The position numbers were made by a program, and so were the translations under genes. The notes below the pieces were generated by a model. It was not told the origin of the DNA, did not search any database, and was given only the letters and a program-made list of their open reading frames with translations. DNA of 64,000 nt from a virus (taxonomy: Duplodnaviria > Caudoviricetes), in IMG/VR virus record IMGVR_UViG_3300032030_002018; one strand, 5' to 3'. Shown here in pieces: positions 28,936-38,942 of this stretch; position 1 is the first letter of the stretch; each line of letters opens with the position of its first letter.

Positions 28936-29282
28936 TTCTTATCCAAAACTTTTTTACTAACCCAATTCATATACTCATCCCTGAAATCCATAACAGCGGC
29001 AAACTTACAATATACATTGTCCAACGTAATACCATACTCATCCATCAAACGACTGACCAACTCCAATAAAGCACAACGCTGCTCAACTGTCCTGGTGTCA
29101 CAAACAGTCTTGCCATCAATACCAATACCACCAACATAACATACGCTGATTCTATTACCAATAACATTACTGCAAGAACGAACAACACCATCACGATGTA
29201 TTATGTAATCAAATAAACACCTCTCATTATCCATAATATCATCACCATACGAACAATCAAGGACAATCTCTCTTACATTCAT
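28932..29282 (-). CDS. degenerate N-acetylmuramoyl-L-alanine amidase (T7 lysozyme-like)
   Basis: YIIHRDG, ISVCYVGG, DTRTVEQRCALLELV retained; Zn-binding His positions replaced. Confidence 0.65.
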   Translation of the reverse strand: MNVREIVLDCSYGDDIMDNERCLFDYIIHRDGVVRSCSNVIGNRISVCYVGGIGIDGKTVCDTRTVEQRCALLELVSRLMDEYGITLDNVYCKFAAVMDFRDEYMNWVSKKVLDKK

Positions 29283-29407
29283 ATTTTTTTTTCACTTTTA
29301 TAAATAAATATACCGAAAAATAAGAATGTAACAAAAATATTTCAACCAAATATCAGTATTTTTAACCATTTTCTAATATTTATTATTATAAACTAAATAT
29401 TACATAT

Positions 29408-30013
29408 ATGAAAAGAAAAATTAGACTAACAGAATCTGACCTTCACAGAATCGTGAATGAGTCAGTGAAGAGCATATTAACCGAACTTGATTGGAGAACA
29501 GTAGTGAGTGCCGCTAATAAGGCACGTGCCAAATTTAAAGATATGGTAGTTGACCGTGCAATGGGACAACTTGACCCTTATGGCAAATATAGTAAATTAA
29601 CTGGACAATACGGACCACATAGTGATTATGTAATTAAAAGAAGTTGGAAAAGTCCTAAAGGTTCAACTCGTTGGGTTAACAAAGATGACGAAATACGAAG
29701 AAAGATGAGGCAAGCAGATAATCTTTCTAAATTTGCCGACGAAGCAATTAAAGATAGATTCGGTAAAGAATCATATTACAACAATTTAAATGGAGTCGGA
29801 GAAGAATTCCCAGTATATAGAAAAACGCGTAATAACAGAGAAATGGATGAACCAGAAGTTTTGGACTACACCCCAAACAATGATTATGTAAATGGAGAAT
29901 ACGGTGATTATGAATTAGACAGTATGCCACAAAAATACCAAGATAATGCCAAGGAAATTAATGATTTCCAAAACGGGAAAACAAAATATCTTAAAGGAAG
30001 AGGATGGAAATAA
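29408..30013 (+). CDS. LTESDL-leader protein
   Basis: MKRKIRLTESDLHRIVNESVKSILTE. Confidence 0.78.
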   Translation: MKRKIRLTESDLHRIVNESVKSILTELDWRTVVSAANKARAKFKDMVVDRAMGQLDPYGKYSKLTGQYGPHSDYVIKRSWKSPKGSTRWVNKDDEIRRKMRQADNLSKFADEAIKDRFGKESYYNNLNGVGEEFPVYRKTRNNREMDEPEVLDYTPNNDYVNGEYGDYELDSMPQKYQDNAKEINDFQNGKTKYLKGRGWK

Positions 30014-30025
30014 AACATTAATAAT

Positions 30026-30050
30026 GTCAACTATGTACGAGTTGACACGA
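30026..30050 (+). repeat. degenerate IS1595 terminal repeat copy
   Basis: gtcaactatgtacgagttgacacga, 21/25 identical to the 26631 copy. Confidence 0.65.
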
Positions 30051-30366
30051 AATAATTGAAAAATGCAGCCATATCTGACTGCATTTTTTGTTTTTCCATA
30101 TTAATAGACATTTTGTGCAAATATATGTATTTTTTTCTTTTAATCAAACTATTTTTTAACAAACCATATAGATATACAAAAATGAGCAGCCAATAACGGT
30201 TGCTCATTTTTTTCTCCTTATAATATATCTGTCATATCCCCTCTTACCATTCAAAGTCAAACGCTTCTTGTCAATAATGTCAAACTGATTCCTGTTCAAT
30301 ACCGTATATAAAATTCTAATCAAATCTATGATTCCACTACATTTTATTTCTTGTTTCAACCTATCA

Positions 30367-31572
30367 CTACTCTTTAGGTGGTAAACCACGTTCATCCATA
30401 GGTGGATAGTCCACAAGCGTAAATTCGGTGCTACGGACACCTATTATTCTTTCGCCTTCCATTAGTATATTAATTGCTGCATTCAAATCCCTATCGTGAT
30501 GCTCTCCACATACTGGACAAGTCCACTCTCTGTCATTCAGTGTCAACTCCTTATTCACATAACCACACTTATGACAAGTCTTTGAACTTGGGTAAAACCT
30601 ACCAACAAATACAACTTCCTTGTAGTTGTTCCTTGCCTTGTCTTCAAGTATCTGTTTGAACTTATAGAAGCCAACCTCTTGTATTGCCTTCGCTAACTTA
30701 TGATTCTTAATCATTCCTTGAACATTCAAGTCTTCCATAAACACTGTATCATAATAAGTCAACAACTCGTTTATTACACTGTGTATGTAAGCATCCTTTT
30801 GATTGGTAAGTTTTTCAAACGCCTTTGCTACCTTAACACGTTGTTTGTTCCTGTTATTAGAGTCTTTCTGCTTCTTTGATAGTTGTCTTTGCAACTTTGC
30901 TATTTTATTCTCTTGTGATTTGAAGAAATGTTTGTTTTCAAAAACCTCACCGTCACTTGTAATCACAAAGTCCTTAACTCCAAGGTCAATGCCAACGTGT
31001 TCATTCGTCTGTCCAAATCTTACTATTTCTTCTTGAGGTAACTCTATAAGGATAGATAGGAAATAGTTACCACTCTTGGTTTTCGATAAGGTAGCACTCC
31101 TTATTCCTTCCTTATATGTTTGTAACCTCTTAAAGTATAAGTCAGAACATCTGAATCTAATATCCTTTAAAGGTTGTGTTAATGTTATCTTTCTCTCATT
31201 GAACTTATTACCTTTTGATATTGCTTCCAATGGGAACAATGCTGATTGTTTGTTCTTCTTTGACTTGAACTTTGGAAATCCGTTATGTTGTTTGAAGAAC
31301 TTGTCATAGGCTGAAAGCATCTGCCTTATTGACTGCTTCATTACCTTTGTGTTCTGTTCTTTCAACCATTCGTATTGTTCATCTTTCAGCAATGTTCCGT
31401 GAAAGTATTTTGATAGGTCTGTAAGTCCTAATGATTTCTTATTATCGTTATATTCTTTTTGTTTGAGAGCAAGCATTTGGTTATAGACAAATCGGTAGCA
31501 ACCCAAAACCTTATTGAGTTTCAGTTCTTGTTCCTTGTTTGGATATAACCTTATCTTTATTGCTCTTAACAT
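30367..31572 (-). CDS. tnpB: RNA-guided endonuclease TnpB (no adjacent tnpA)
   Basis: IKIRLYPN HTH, RuvC GIDLG / MEDLN / DRDLNAAINI, CHKC...CPVC zinc finger. Confidence 0.93.
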   Translation of the reverse strand: MLRAIKIRLYPNKEQELKLNKVLGCYRFVYNQMLALKQKEYNDNKKSLGLTDLSKYFHGTLLKDEQYEWLKEQNTKVMKQSIRQMLSAYDKFFKQHNGFPKFKSKKNKQSALFPLEAISKGNKFNERKITLTQPLKDIRFRCSDLYFKRLQTYKEGIRSATLSKTKSGNYFLSILIELPQEEIVRFGQTNEHVGIDLGVKDFVITSDGEVFENKHFFKSQENKIAKLQRQLSKKQKDSNNRNKQRVKVAKAFEKLTNQKDAYIHSVINELLTYYDTVFMEDLNVQGMIKNHKLAKAIQEVGFYKFKQILEDKARNNYKEVVFVGRFYPSSKTCHKCGYVNKELTLNDREWTCPVCGEHHDRDLNAAINILMEGERIIGVRSTEFTLVDYPPMDERGLPPKE

Positions 31573-31574
31573 AT

Positions 31575-31802
31575 TTATTTAAATTTAAAAATAAAACCTT
31601 TTGTTTGTTTAATTTTTTCTAAACAATTCATTGAAATTAATCTAAAATCAACATTTGTTGCTTTGCTTGCTTCTCGTGCATTTTTATATTCACCAATGTA
31701 AATATTGTCAATATTAAAAACGATTATTTCTTTTTCAGAACTTATTTTTTTCCATTTGCATTCTTCAGCAATTTTTTCAAATACATTCATATATATATCC
31801 AA
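31575..31802 (-). CDS. NUMOD1-like DNA-binding protein
   Basis: IGEYKNAREASKATNV...ISMNC...TKGFIFKF. Confidence 0.6.
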   Translation of the reverse strand: MDIYMNVFEKIAEECKWKKISSEKEIIVFNIDNIYIGEYKNAREASKATNVDFRLISMNCLEKIKQTKGFIFKFK

Positions 31803-31805
31803 AAA

Positions 31806-32441
31806 TCATTTCCTATATTTGTCAGAACCGGCATTCAATAAATAAGAACCACCCAAACGATAAACATTACCATTAATCCTTACATAAGATACCTCAACAA
31901 CAGCATCCGAATTCATCCTCACCTCAGTCTCATCCTTCATACCATAAGAATTCAAATATATCGTCTCAACCCAATCAATACTGTCAGGATGAACATAACC
32001 ACATAACACAACATTAACAACATTGTTGTTCAATAACGAAAAATCAGCACAATAACTACGCGAATTACGACGCTTCCAAGACCAACACTCACCAACAGAA
32101 CTGAAAGATAAATCATCCAAACTACCAGACGCATCAATGTCAATACTGCGCTCAACATATATCAAACCACGCTTGTTGAACGTTAAATGACCTAAAACAT
32201 CAACCTTAAAATTATGGCGAAAATATTGAAAACCATCACGTCTTACACCATCAGTACTCTTACAAGCCCAATCATAAGCAATACTAAACGCATCCTCATA
32301 ATAATCAGATAACTTACCAACAAAAGAAGATAACTTACCCCTGACACCAAAACCCCTTATGTAATCCAATATAATACCTATATAATCCAAAGAAGATTCC
32401 AATATCAAACCCAATTGACGCTCATTCAACCTGATAACCAT
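31806..32441 (-). CDS. leader-variant protein, possible R-S-E ADP-ribosyltransferase
   Basis: MVIRLNERQLGLILE; YVERSI...GECWSW...ETEVRM. Confidence 0.45.
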   Translation of the reverse strand: MVIRLNERQLGLILESSLDYIGIILDYIRGFGVRGKLSSFVGKLSDYYEDAFSIAYDWACKSTDGVRRDGFQYFRHNFKVDVLGHLTFNKRGLIYVERSIDIDASGSLDDLSFSSVGECWSWKRRNSRSYCADFSLLNNNVVNVVLCGYVHPDSIDWVETIYLNSYGMKDETEVRMNSDAVVEVSYVRINGNVYRLGGSYLLNAGSDKYRK

Positions 32442-32444
32442 ATG

Positions 32445-33257
32445 TCATTCACCAAATTTTTCCCTTATAATATCAATAATGTGAAACTGCTGTATCTTAC
32501 GCATAGCAATACAACTCAAATAACCACACCAATCAAAATTGCATAAATAATCAATTACATCATCACGAAAAGGACAACTGTCATCTATCTTTATCTTGTA
32601 CTCAGCAGAATAACTCTCACCATCAGACAATATCTTACCAGCACTGCCATCTCCCCAAGCACACATACGAATGTCATACACAAAATCATTATATCGCTTA
32701 CTGTCATTCCTACATATACTAACATAAGATAACTTACTAGACGCCTTACTGTTTAACTTACCAGATAACGGACGACGATAAACATTGAAACAACAACGCA
32801 ACTTCACACCACTGTATGATAACTCACCCAAATCCTCACTGTGTATCAAATCAAACTCATATAAGGACTGAACATTGCCTAACTGACTTATAGGCAATAT
32901 AAACGCAATGTAATCACATATAACAACACTCTTCTTGAAAAACTTCTGAGCCAAATTCATCCTACTGCCATAAGGAGGATTACCAATCACCAAACGATTA
33001 CTCCTGTAATCAATAGGATATTCCAACCAATCAGCACGAATAATATCAATACCATTAACATTGTCAACACCAGAATCAATGTCAATACATAACATAGGCT
33101 TCCTGTTAACAATAGAATGATGAAGAAACGAACCATTACCAACAGAAGGCTCAACAATCTCATCAATATTATCCTCACCAATCAAATCAATAACAACATC
33201 ATAACAATGATTCGCAATAGATACAGGAGTGAAATACTTGTCTAATACTATCTTCAT
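32445..33257 (-). CDS. N6-adenine DNA methyltransferase
   Basis: KYFTP, EPSVGNGSF (motif I), GNPPYG (motif IV). Confidence 0.85.
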   Translation of the reverse strand: MKIVLDKYFTPVSIANHCYDVVIDLIGEDNIDEIVEPSVGNGSFLHHSIVNRKPMLCIDIDSGVDNVNGIDIIRADWLEYPIDYRSNRLVIGNPPYGSRMNLAQKFFKKSVVICDYIAFILPISQLGNVQSLYEFDLIHSEDLGELSYSGVKLRCCFNVYRRPLSGKLNSKASSKLSYVSICRNDSKRYNDFVYDIRMCAWGDGSAGKILSDGESYSAEYKIKIDDSCPFRDDVIDYLCNFDWCGYLSCIAMRKIQQFHIIDIIREKFGE

Positions 33258-33269
33258 ATATATAACCAA

Positions 33270-33995
33270 CTAATTACCATATTCACTCATAGGATGAACG
33301 TAATTCCAATTTGGAGTGTTCCTGTATATATCAACACTCTCATCAGGAACATAAATAGCAATGTGATAACTATTCAAAAACATATTCTCATCAGCACCAA
33401 CAGGAGGCGTAACAGCATATAACAATATATCTAAATCATAAGACGCATTAAACAAACCAGGACCAATACGCTCCAAAGTACTCGGCAACTCTATCTTAAG
33501 ACGACCATCAGGACGAATCATAGCAAAACAACTGTCATCAGTAAAAATAACACCCTCAGGAATACTTATACCACTTGAACATATCGAATGTATACCACCA
33601 AACGCATTCTTACCAATATTCCTTATAGTCGAAGGCAATATTATACCATATAAATCAGTACCAATAAACATATTGTCAGAAACAATCGTATCATCAATCA
33701 AATGATATACAACACGATGTATATCACTGTCATCAAAAGTGTAACCAGTTACAATACTATCCAACCTGATACCATCAACCTCCATATAAGATATGTTTGA
33801 CCTACCACCACGAAATAATATCGTCACATCACCATCCATACCTAAATATTCAGCAATTATTACACTGTCAATATACGGATTGTAATGAACATCCTCAATA
33901 TCATCACAATAACTTATATTCGGCAACTTCTTACCATCACCACTAACCCATTCCTCATAATCAGTATGAGAACTAAAACGCCTTAAATATTTCAT
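33270..33995 (-). CDS. short BspA-type LRR protein
   Basis: LPSTIRNIGKNAF, TPP, IYVPDESVDIYRNTPNW. Confidence 0.75.
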   Translation of the reverse strand: MKYLRRFSSHTDYEEWVSGDGKKLPNISYCDDIEDVHYNPYIDSVIIAEYLGMDGDVTILFRGGRSNISYMEVDGIRLDSIVTGYTFDDSDIHRVVYHLIDDTIVSDNMFIGTDLYGIILPSTIRNIGKNAFGGIHSICSSGISIPEGVIFTDDSCFAMIRPDGRLKIELPSTLERIGPGLFNASYDLDILLYAVTPPVGADENMFLNSYHIAIYVPDESVDIYRNTPNWNYVHPMSEYGN

Positions 33996-34128
33996 AATAA
34001 TAATACATTTTTTCTTAATAAATATAACAAAAATCCAATATTTTTTCACATAGTTTAATAATAATTATTGGCAATTATAGACAAGTTGACACGATTATAT
34101 TAAAAATGCAGTCGTTTCCGACTGCATT

Positions 34129-34488
34129 TTATTGATTTTCAATAAACAGCCTTAATTTGTTTATTATGTTATCAATGTTAAGAAGAACGAAATGATGAAT
34201 GTTTTCCACAACTGTTAATTGAACCTCTAATATTCCGTTATATCTATATACGTTGTAACAGTCATTATTATTTTGTATATATAAAACAATAGTAGGGGTC
34301 CCTCCAATACCCACATCACCATTTATTACAAATGTGTTATTTTTTAATCCACCTCCATAATAATACTTAATCCAAACTTCTTTTCCTATGTTGCATTGTT
34401 GTGTTATGCATTTATAAAAATATGATGTTGATAATTGTAGTGCAGAACGAATGTCTGATGTTTCATAAATATAAACGAAATCTTCCAT
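34129..34488 (-). CDS. hypothetical protein (IS passenger)
   Basis: 119-aa ORF inside the TIRs. Confidence 0.55.
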   Translation of the reverse strand: MEDFVYIYETSDIRSALQLSTSYFYKCITQQCNIGKEVWIKYYYGGGLKNNTFVINGDVGIGGTPTIVLYIQNNNDCYNVYRYNGILEVQLTVVENIHHFVLLNIDNIINKLRLFIENQ

Positions 34489-34554
34489 ACCTTTTTTTTC
34501 TGCAAATTTATTATTATTTTATGAAAGTATAGATATTTATTTAGAAAAACCACA

Positions 34555-35643
34555 ATGAATTCTTTAAAAACAACAATATATAAAAATTTAAAAAATGAGG
34601 GAATTGACGATATCCGAATTAAAGACATAATAAAAGAAGTAGAAGAATATTACAATTATTTGAATGACTTTAACCTTGAGCGATTAGATTATATTGGATT
34701 TTTAAGGGCAATTCAATATGGGAAATTCTTGAAAGTAAACGATGTCTATTGGAAAAATGCAAATGTTTGGAACGATACCAAAATATACTCAGATGACGGT
34801 ATCGTAATTTGGAAACCACGTAATTTCAAAGAATCAGAAACTTTGGGAAACCAAATATGGTGTGTTTCATATAGAGACTACAGATGGAATGAACACGTCA
34901 ATTATAATGGTGAAACTATTTATATGATATATAATGGATGGGTAGATGAATATTTACAATACACAAGTGCTTGTGTTGAACGGAATGGAAACATAATAAT
35001 TTATGATTGCAAACATAATCAACTATCTGGGGAAGAGAAAAAAACTTTCTTAAAAAGTTTGGGGAAAGGCTTATCAGTTTTAAAGCCAACTCCAAAGGAA
35101 AAAGATAGAGTTCCACAAAATATATCAGTTGATAATGATGGAAACTATGTATCGGCAAATGATGATGGCGCGGATTACGTATCAGAAAATAATCAATATA
35201 AATATAATAGAAATAATATGAAAAAGAGAATTAGACTAACAGAAAGTGACCTACATAGAATAGTGAACAGGTCAGTAAAAATGACACTGAATGAAATCGG
35301 TGATACAACCAAGGGACAGTATATGCTTGGAAGATTGTATGCTAAATATAAAGGGGAAAACGATGAAAAAGCAAGAGAGATAGATAAGTACGCATCTAAT
35401 CGTAGGAAAGAACAGAATAATGGTTACGATAACCTTCCGAGCTATTGGGGACTTGGTAGATGTACCAACCCTATGAGGCACGAATTCAAAGATGGTGTAG
35501 AGGAATATTGTTTAACACCGGGTACACCAGCTTTGGGATGGATAAAACATCTTGATAAGTTAATAGCAAAATCTCATCTCAATGGCGATGAATCAAGGTG
35601 GCGGTTAGAAAGAGAACTTGAAGACGGAGCTCTTAGACGCTGA
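34555..35643 (+). CDS. protein with internal LTESDL leader (IS passenger)
   Basis: internal MKKRIRLTESDLHRIVNRSVKMTLNE; TATTTAT motif upstream. Confidence 0.75.
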   Translation: MNSLKTTIYKNLKNEGIDDIRIKDIIKEVEEYYNYLNDFNLERLDYIGFLRAIQYGKFLKVNDVYWKNANVWNDTKIYSDDGIVIWKPRNFKESETLGNQIWCVSYRDYRWNEHVNYNGETIYMIYNGWVDEYLQYTSACVERNGNIIIYDCKHNQLSGEEKKTFLKSLGKGLSVLKPTPKEKDRVPQNISVDNDGNYVSANDDGADYVSENNQYKYNRNNMKKRIRLTESDLHRIVNRSVKMTLNEIGDTTKGQYMLGRLYAKYKGENDEKAREIDKYASNRRKEQNNGYDNLPSYWGLGRCTNPMRHEFKDGVEEYCLTPGTPALGWIKHLDKLIAKSHLNGDESRWRLERELEDGALRR

Positions 35644-35645
35644 TA

Positions 35646-36623
35646 TTAAGCAGCCACAAATCCTGCTCTTATATCAGACCATTTCTTAACAAGTCCTATA
35701 GACTTGTTGAACATATCAATGAAGCGTTCCGTTTGGGACGCTTTTCTTGTATTCCACCTATACACAGCCTCATCAATGTAAGACTGCAAATGAGCATCAC
35801 TCACGTCGTGGTAACAACCTGTTATCATCCTTCTGAAATGACTCCAAAAACCCTCAATGCCATTCGTGAAAATGTCATCCTTGACATACTCATCAGAGCC
35901 GTGGCACACAACCTCGTGAGTATAACCAAGTTCTGACAAACCATTGTATGAATTCAACTCATCAGTGATAACCCTTGAACCATCAACAACGAACTGACCA
36001 ATGATGGGAAGCAAGGTGTCCTTGTTCGTGTTCTCAACGACAAACGCGTGAACGTATGACATAGGTTCTTCCTCACCCCTTACATTGATGAAGACATCAC
36101 GCTTTACCATACCAAAGACAGGTGTCTTCGTCTTGGTGGAACGTCCCTGAGTGTGTGGTGTGCGCATTGACTTGTGCTTCCACTTCTCCCTGCCACCGAT
36201 ATACACCTCATCACATTCAACCGTGCCGTCAAATCCCTCTGTGTCACTCTGTTGGAACAGAGCGCGTATCTTGTGAAGCATATGCCAAGCAGTCTTCTGT
36301 GATATGGCTATGTCACGAGCCAACTGACAGGATGAAATGCCTTTCTTGTGGGAAGAAATAAGGTACATAGCCACGAACCACTTGGTAAGTGGTGTCTTGG
36401 TGTTCTCAAAGATTGTTCCTACAAGGCAGGAAAAGTACTTGTTGCAATGAGTGCAATGGTATCTGCCGTTCTTGGCGGTCTGGCAGTGATGTTTGCCACA
36501 ATATGGGCAAATGATGTCTCCGTCGGCCCATCTGCTTTCGATGATTGTCTGTTTGCAGATGTCTTCGGTGTTGAAGTAAGTGGTAAGAGAGATAAGGCTG
36601 TTGAACTTGGTAAAATCTATCAT
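35646..36623 (-). CDS. IS1595-family DDE transposase
   Basis: CPYC...CTHC Zn ribbon, VECDEVYIGG, VITDE, TNGIEGFWS. Confidence 0.93.
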   Translation of the reverse strand: MIDFTKFNSLISLTTYFNTEDICKQTIIESRWADGDIICPYCGKHHCQTAKNGRYHCTHCNKYFSCLVGTIFENTKTPLTKWFVAMYLISSHKKGISSCQLARDIAISQKTAWHMLHKIRALFQQSDTEGFDGTVECDEVYIGGREKWKHKSMRTPHTQGRSTKTKTPVFGMVKRDVFINVRGEEEPMSYVHAFVVENTNKDTLLPIIGQFVVDGSRVITDELNSYNGLSELGYTHEVVCHGSDEYVKDDIFTNGIEGFWSHFRRMITGCYHDVSDAHLQSYIDEAVYRWNTRKASQTERFIDMFNKSIGLVKKWSDIRAGFVAA

Positions 36624-36752
36624 ATTATATAGTGGTTTGTTTCCACTATAAAATGTAATAAAAACTTTTTAAAAGTCCAGCCTTTATAGTGTTAAAAATG
36701 CTGGATTCGTGTTAACTCGTCTATAATTGCCAAAAAAATTTCCGGAAATTTT

Positions 36753-36859
36753 TTCACTTTATCATTTATTCACAAAAATATTCCGGAAAAATTTTTAATA
36801 TAACATTTTCAGCAAAAAATATTCACTTTATCATTTATTCACAAAAATATTCCGGAAAA
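36753..36859. repeat. two ~38-bp direct repeats with TTCCGGAA palindromes
   Basis: ttcactttatcatttattcacaaaaatattccggaaaa at ~36753 and ~36822. Confidence 0.85.
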
Positions 36860-36900
36860 TTATTCGGAAAACTGTTCGCCCAAAAAACACCATTGAAATA

Positions 36901-36944
36901 GGTGGGTAGGTGGTGGGTAAGGTAGGGAGGGGTAGGGGGAGGGG
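36901..36944 (+). other. G-tract, potential G-quadruplex
   Basis: six runs of 3-5 G in an otherwise very AT-rich sequence. Confidence 0.7.
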
Positions 36945-37174
36945 ATGTATATCCCACAATTAACTGTTAAATAATGTTAAAATATTTCCATATCTCAAAT
37001 AAATTGTTTACATTTGTGACAGCACAGCATATACCCAAATTTTAATCCTAATTGTTAAAGAATGTTAAAATGCGCCATCATAGCAAAAAAAAATGACAAA
37101 TGTTTTGTTATATCAAATAAATTGTTTACATTTGGAATGTTCACTTAATTAATAACCTTTTAATCCCCATCATT

Positions 37175-37777
37175 ATGGAACAATTCATTAACAACATTAA
37201 GGGTGGCACATTTGGAGTGTATGTTGCCACACTCACAGAGAAGACTATGAACAAGGGTGGTCGCAAGGGTGTTGCTCCAAATCCACTCATTGGCAAGGTC
37301 TTTACACTCGCCCTCTATCAGAATGCCATCACAGGTTGTGCCTATCGCTCACTTGTCAAGAGTGAGTGCAAGCGAGAGGGTATCAATGTGGATGACTTTG
37401 ACAAGGTTTTCCCACCAAGTGAGACCTATGCAGACACAGACAACAACAAGATTTTCACCCACAAGACAAGTGGCAAGAAGTACTTTCGCCTTTACCTTTC
37501 CAATGGTAGGGAGCGCAGTAAGGTTAAGTATGATACCTTGATTTTGGATGGTGGTGTGTATCGCTACCCAACAAGTGAAGAGGCTGCCACAATCAAACTC
37601 TACACTCCAAGCAAGTCCGCAAGTGCAAAGCAAGTTGGTCTTGGAATAACCAACATTGTTGAGGTGCGCAACATCACCCTTGAAAATGTGTTGTTCATCA
37701 AGCAAGGTGACAAAGAAATAAAGAGGGATGACAATGTGACAATCCCAAGTGACTTAAAGTCATTCTTCGCAAAATAA
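37175..37777 (+). CDS. hypothetical early protein
   Basis: 200-aa ORF with own promoter and terminator. Confidence 0.75.
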   Translation: MEQFINNIKGGTFGVYVATLTEKTMNKGGRKGVAPNPLIGKVFTLALYQNAITGCAYRSLVKSECKREGINVDDFDKVFPPSETYADTDNNKIFTHKTSGKKYFRLYLSNGRERSKVKYDTLILDGGVYRYPTSEEAATIKLYTPSKSASAKQVGLGITNIVEVRNITLENVLFIKQGDKEIKRDDNVTIPSDLKSFFAK

Positions 37778-37793
37778 GTACTTAATTAAGTAC
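37778..37793. repeat. 16-bp palindrome GTACTTAATTAAGTAC (also 40297, 44063, 59504, 59952, 60456)
   Basis: six copies seen, four perfect and two with one mismatch. Confidence 0.85.
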
Positions 37794-38030
37794 TATATAG
37801 CATAAAATCACTCACAATTATTTTTGGTTGTGGGTGATTTTTTTTATGTTTTTATTTGGATATATGAAATAAATTGCTTACATTTGTGTCAGCAGAGAAG
37901 TATATTTTTGCTTTATAAAAGCATATAGAATAAGCAAAAAAAGTTTGAAAAAAGTTGTATAAATGTTTGGTAGTTTAAAACAAATTGCTTACATTTGGAA
38001 TGTTGTTAAACCTTTTAAACCTTTTAAGAT

Positions 38031-38396
38031 ATGGTAAATAGAGATTGGAATGAGATTAAGAAAAGAATCACCAACCAAGCACAAAGAGAGTACAATCTCC
38101 TTTGTGAGAAGGTGAATGGGTTGAACTTTTGTGAGGCATTGAAAACCTTGGATGGTTTCAACCTTGAAGAGGAAGTTTCTACATTTGGAGAGAACAATGA
38201 AGTAATTTCCTCAAATATGGTGTTTGACTATTCATTCAAGCACATAAGAGGTGCAGTGTTCAGTCTTGATGATGGTGGCATTGAGATTTGGGATGAGTTG
38301 TGCTATGTTGAACAAGGAGAGGAAGTTGCTTGGTTTGATATCACCTACAAAGGTGAAGTGCAATTTGATAGGTGGATGGTGGAAGGCATTGAGTAA
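38031..38396 (+). CDS. hypothetical early protein
   Basis: ORF with own promoter and terminator. Confidence 0.7.
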   Translation: MVNRDWNEIKKRITNQAQREYNLLCEKVNGLNFCEALKTLDGFNLEEEVSTFGENNEVISSNMVFDYSFKHIRGAVFSLDDGGIEIWDELCYVEQGEEVAWFDITYKGEVQFDRWMVEGIE

Positions 38397-38519
38397 TATA
38401 TAGCATAAAATCACTCGCACTTTTTTTTCAAGGTGTGGGTGATTTTTTTATGTTTTTATTTGGATATTTCAGATAAATTGTTTACATTTGCGCCATAACC
38501 AATAAAAACAGATTAAGAT

Positions 38520-38705
38520 ATGACAACAAACATTAAAATCAAAGCAATGTGCGAAAAAGCATTTAAGGATTCGCACAATGTGGATGATTTTCTCTATAAG
38601 AGAATTGAATTGTGGTTACAAAAAGCCTATGACCTTGGTCACTCTGATGGATATGCACAATGTGTTTATGATACAATGGAACAACAATCAAAGAGAGGGA
38701 AATAA
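38520..38705 (+). CDS. hypothetical early protein
   Basis: ORF after promoter and aaccaataaaa leader. Confidence 0.65.
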   Translation: MTTNIKIKAMCEKAFKDSHNVDDFLYKRIELWLQKAYDLGHSDGYAQCVYDTMEQQSKRGK

Positions 38706-38942
38706 GATATGTTTACATTAATTTGTCTATTATTCCTACTCACAAACTTTATATGTGATAGGGAAGAATTAAAAGACGAAAGTTGGAGTAGTGCTATCAA
38801 ATTTGTGTTGGTGTTTTGTGTGTTAATAGATGTTTTTATAGTGCTACCATATTATCTATTGTGTTGCTAAAATAAGTCACCCACAATCAGTTTAGGTTGT
38901 GGGTGGTCTTTTTATGTATGTGGTTATATATAGGAATAAAAA

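Larger units (their letters stand above)
34070..36731 (-). mobile_element. IS1595-family element carrying two passenger ORFs
   Basis: 25-bp TIRs at 34070..34094 and 36707..36731 flank the transposase; no exact target duplication. Confidence 0.8.

Noticed and set aside
30204-30440. 78-aa ORF overlapping the tnpB end as an independent gene
   Set aside because: Chimera of the tnpB tail/omegaRNA region and flanking sequence with no credible start
34062-36739. Target-site duplication for the IS1595 element
   Set aside because: Flanks taattatt and aaaaaaat differ; the 26631 flank aatagaat is not an exact match either
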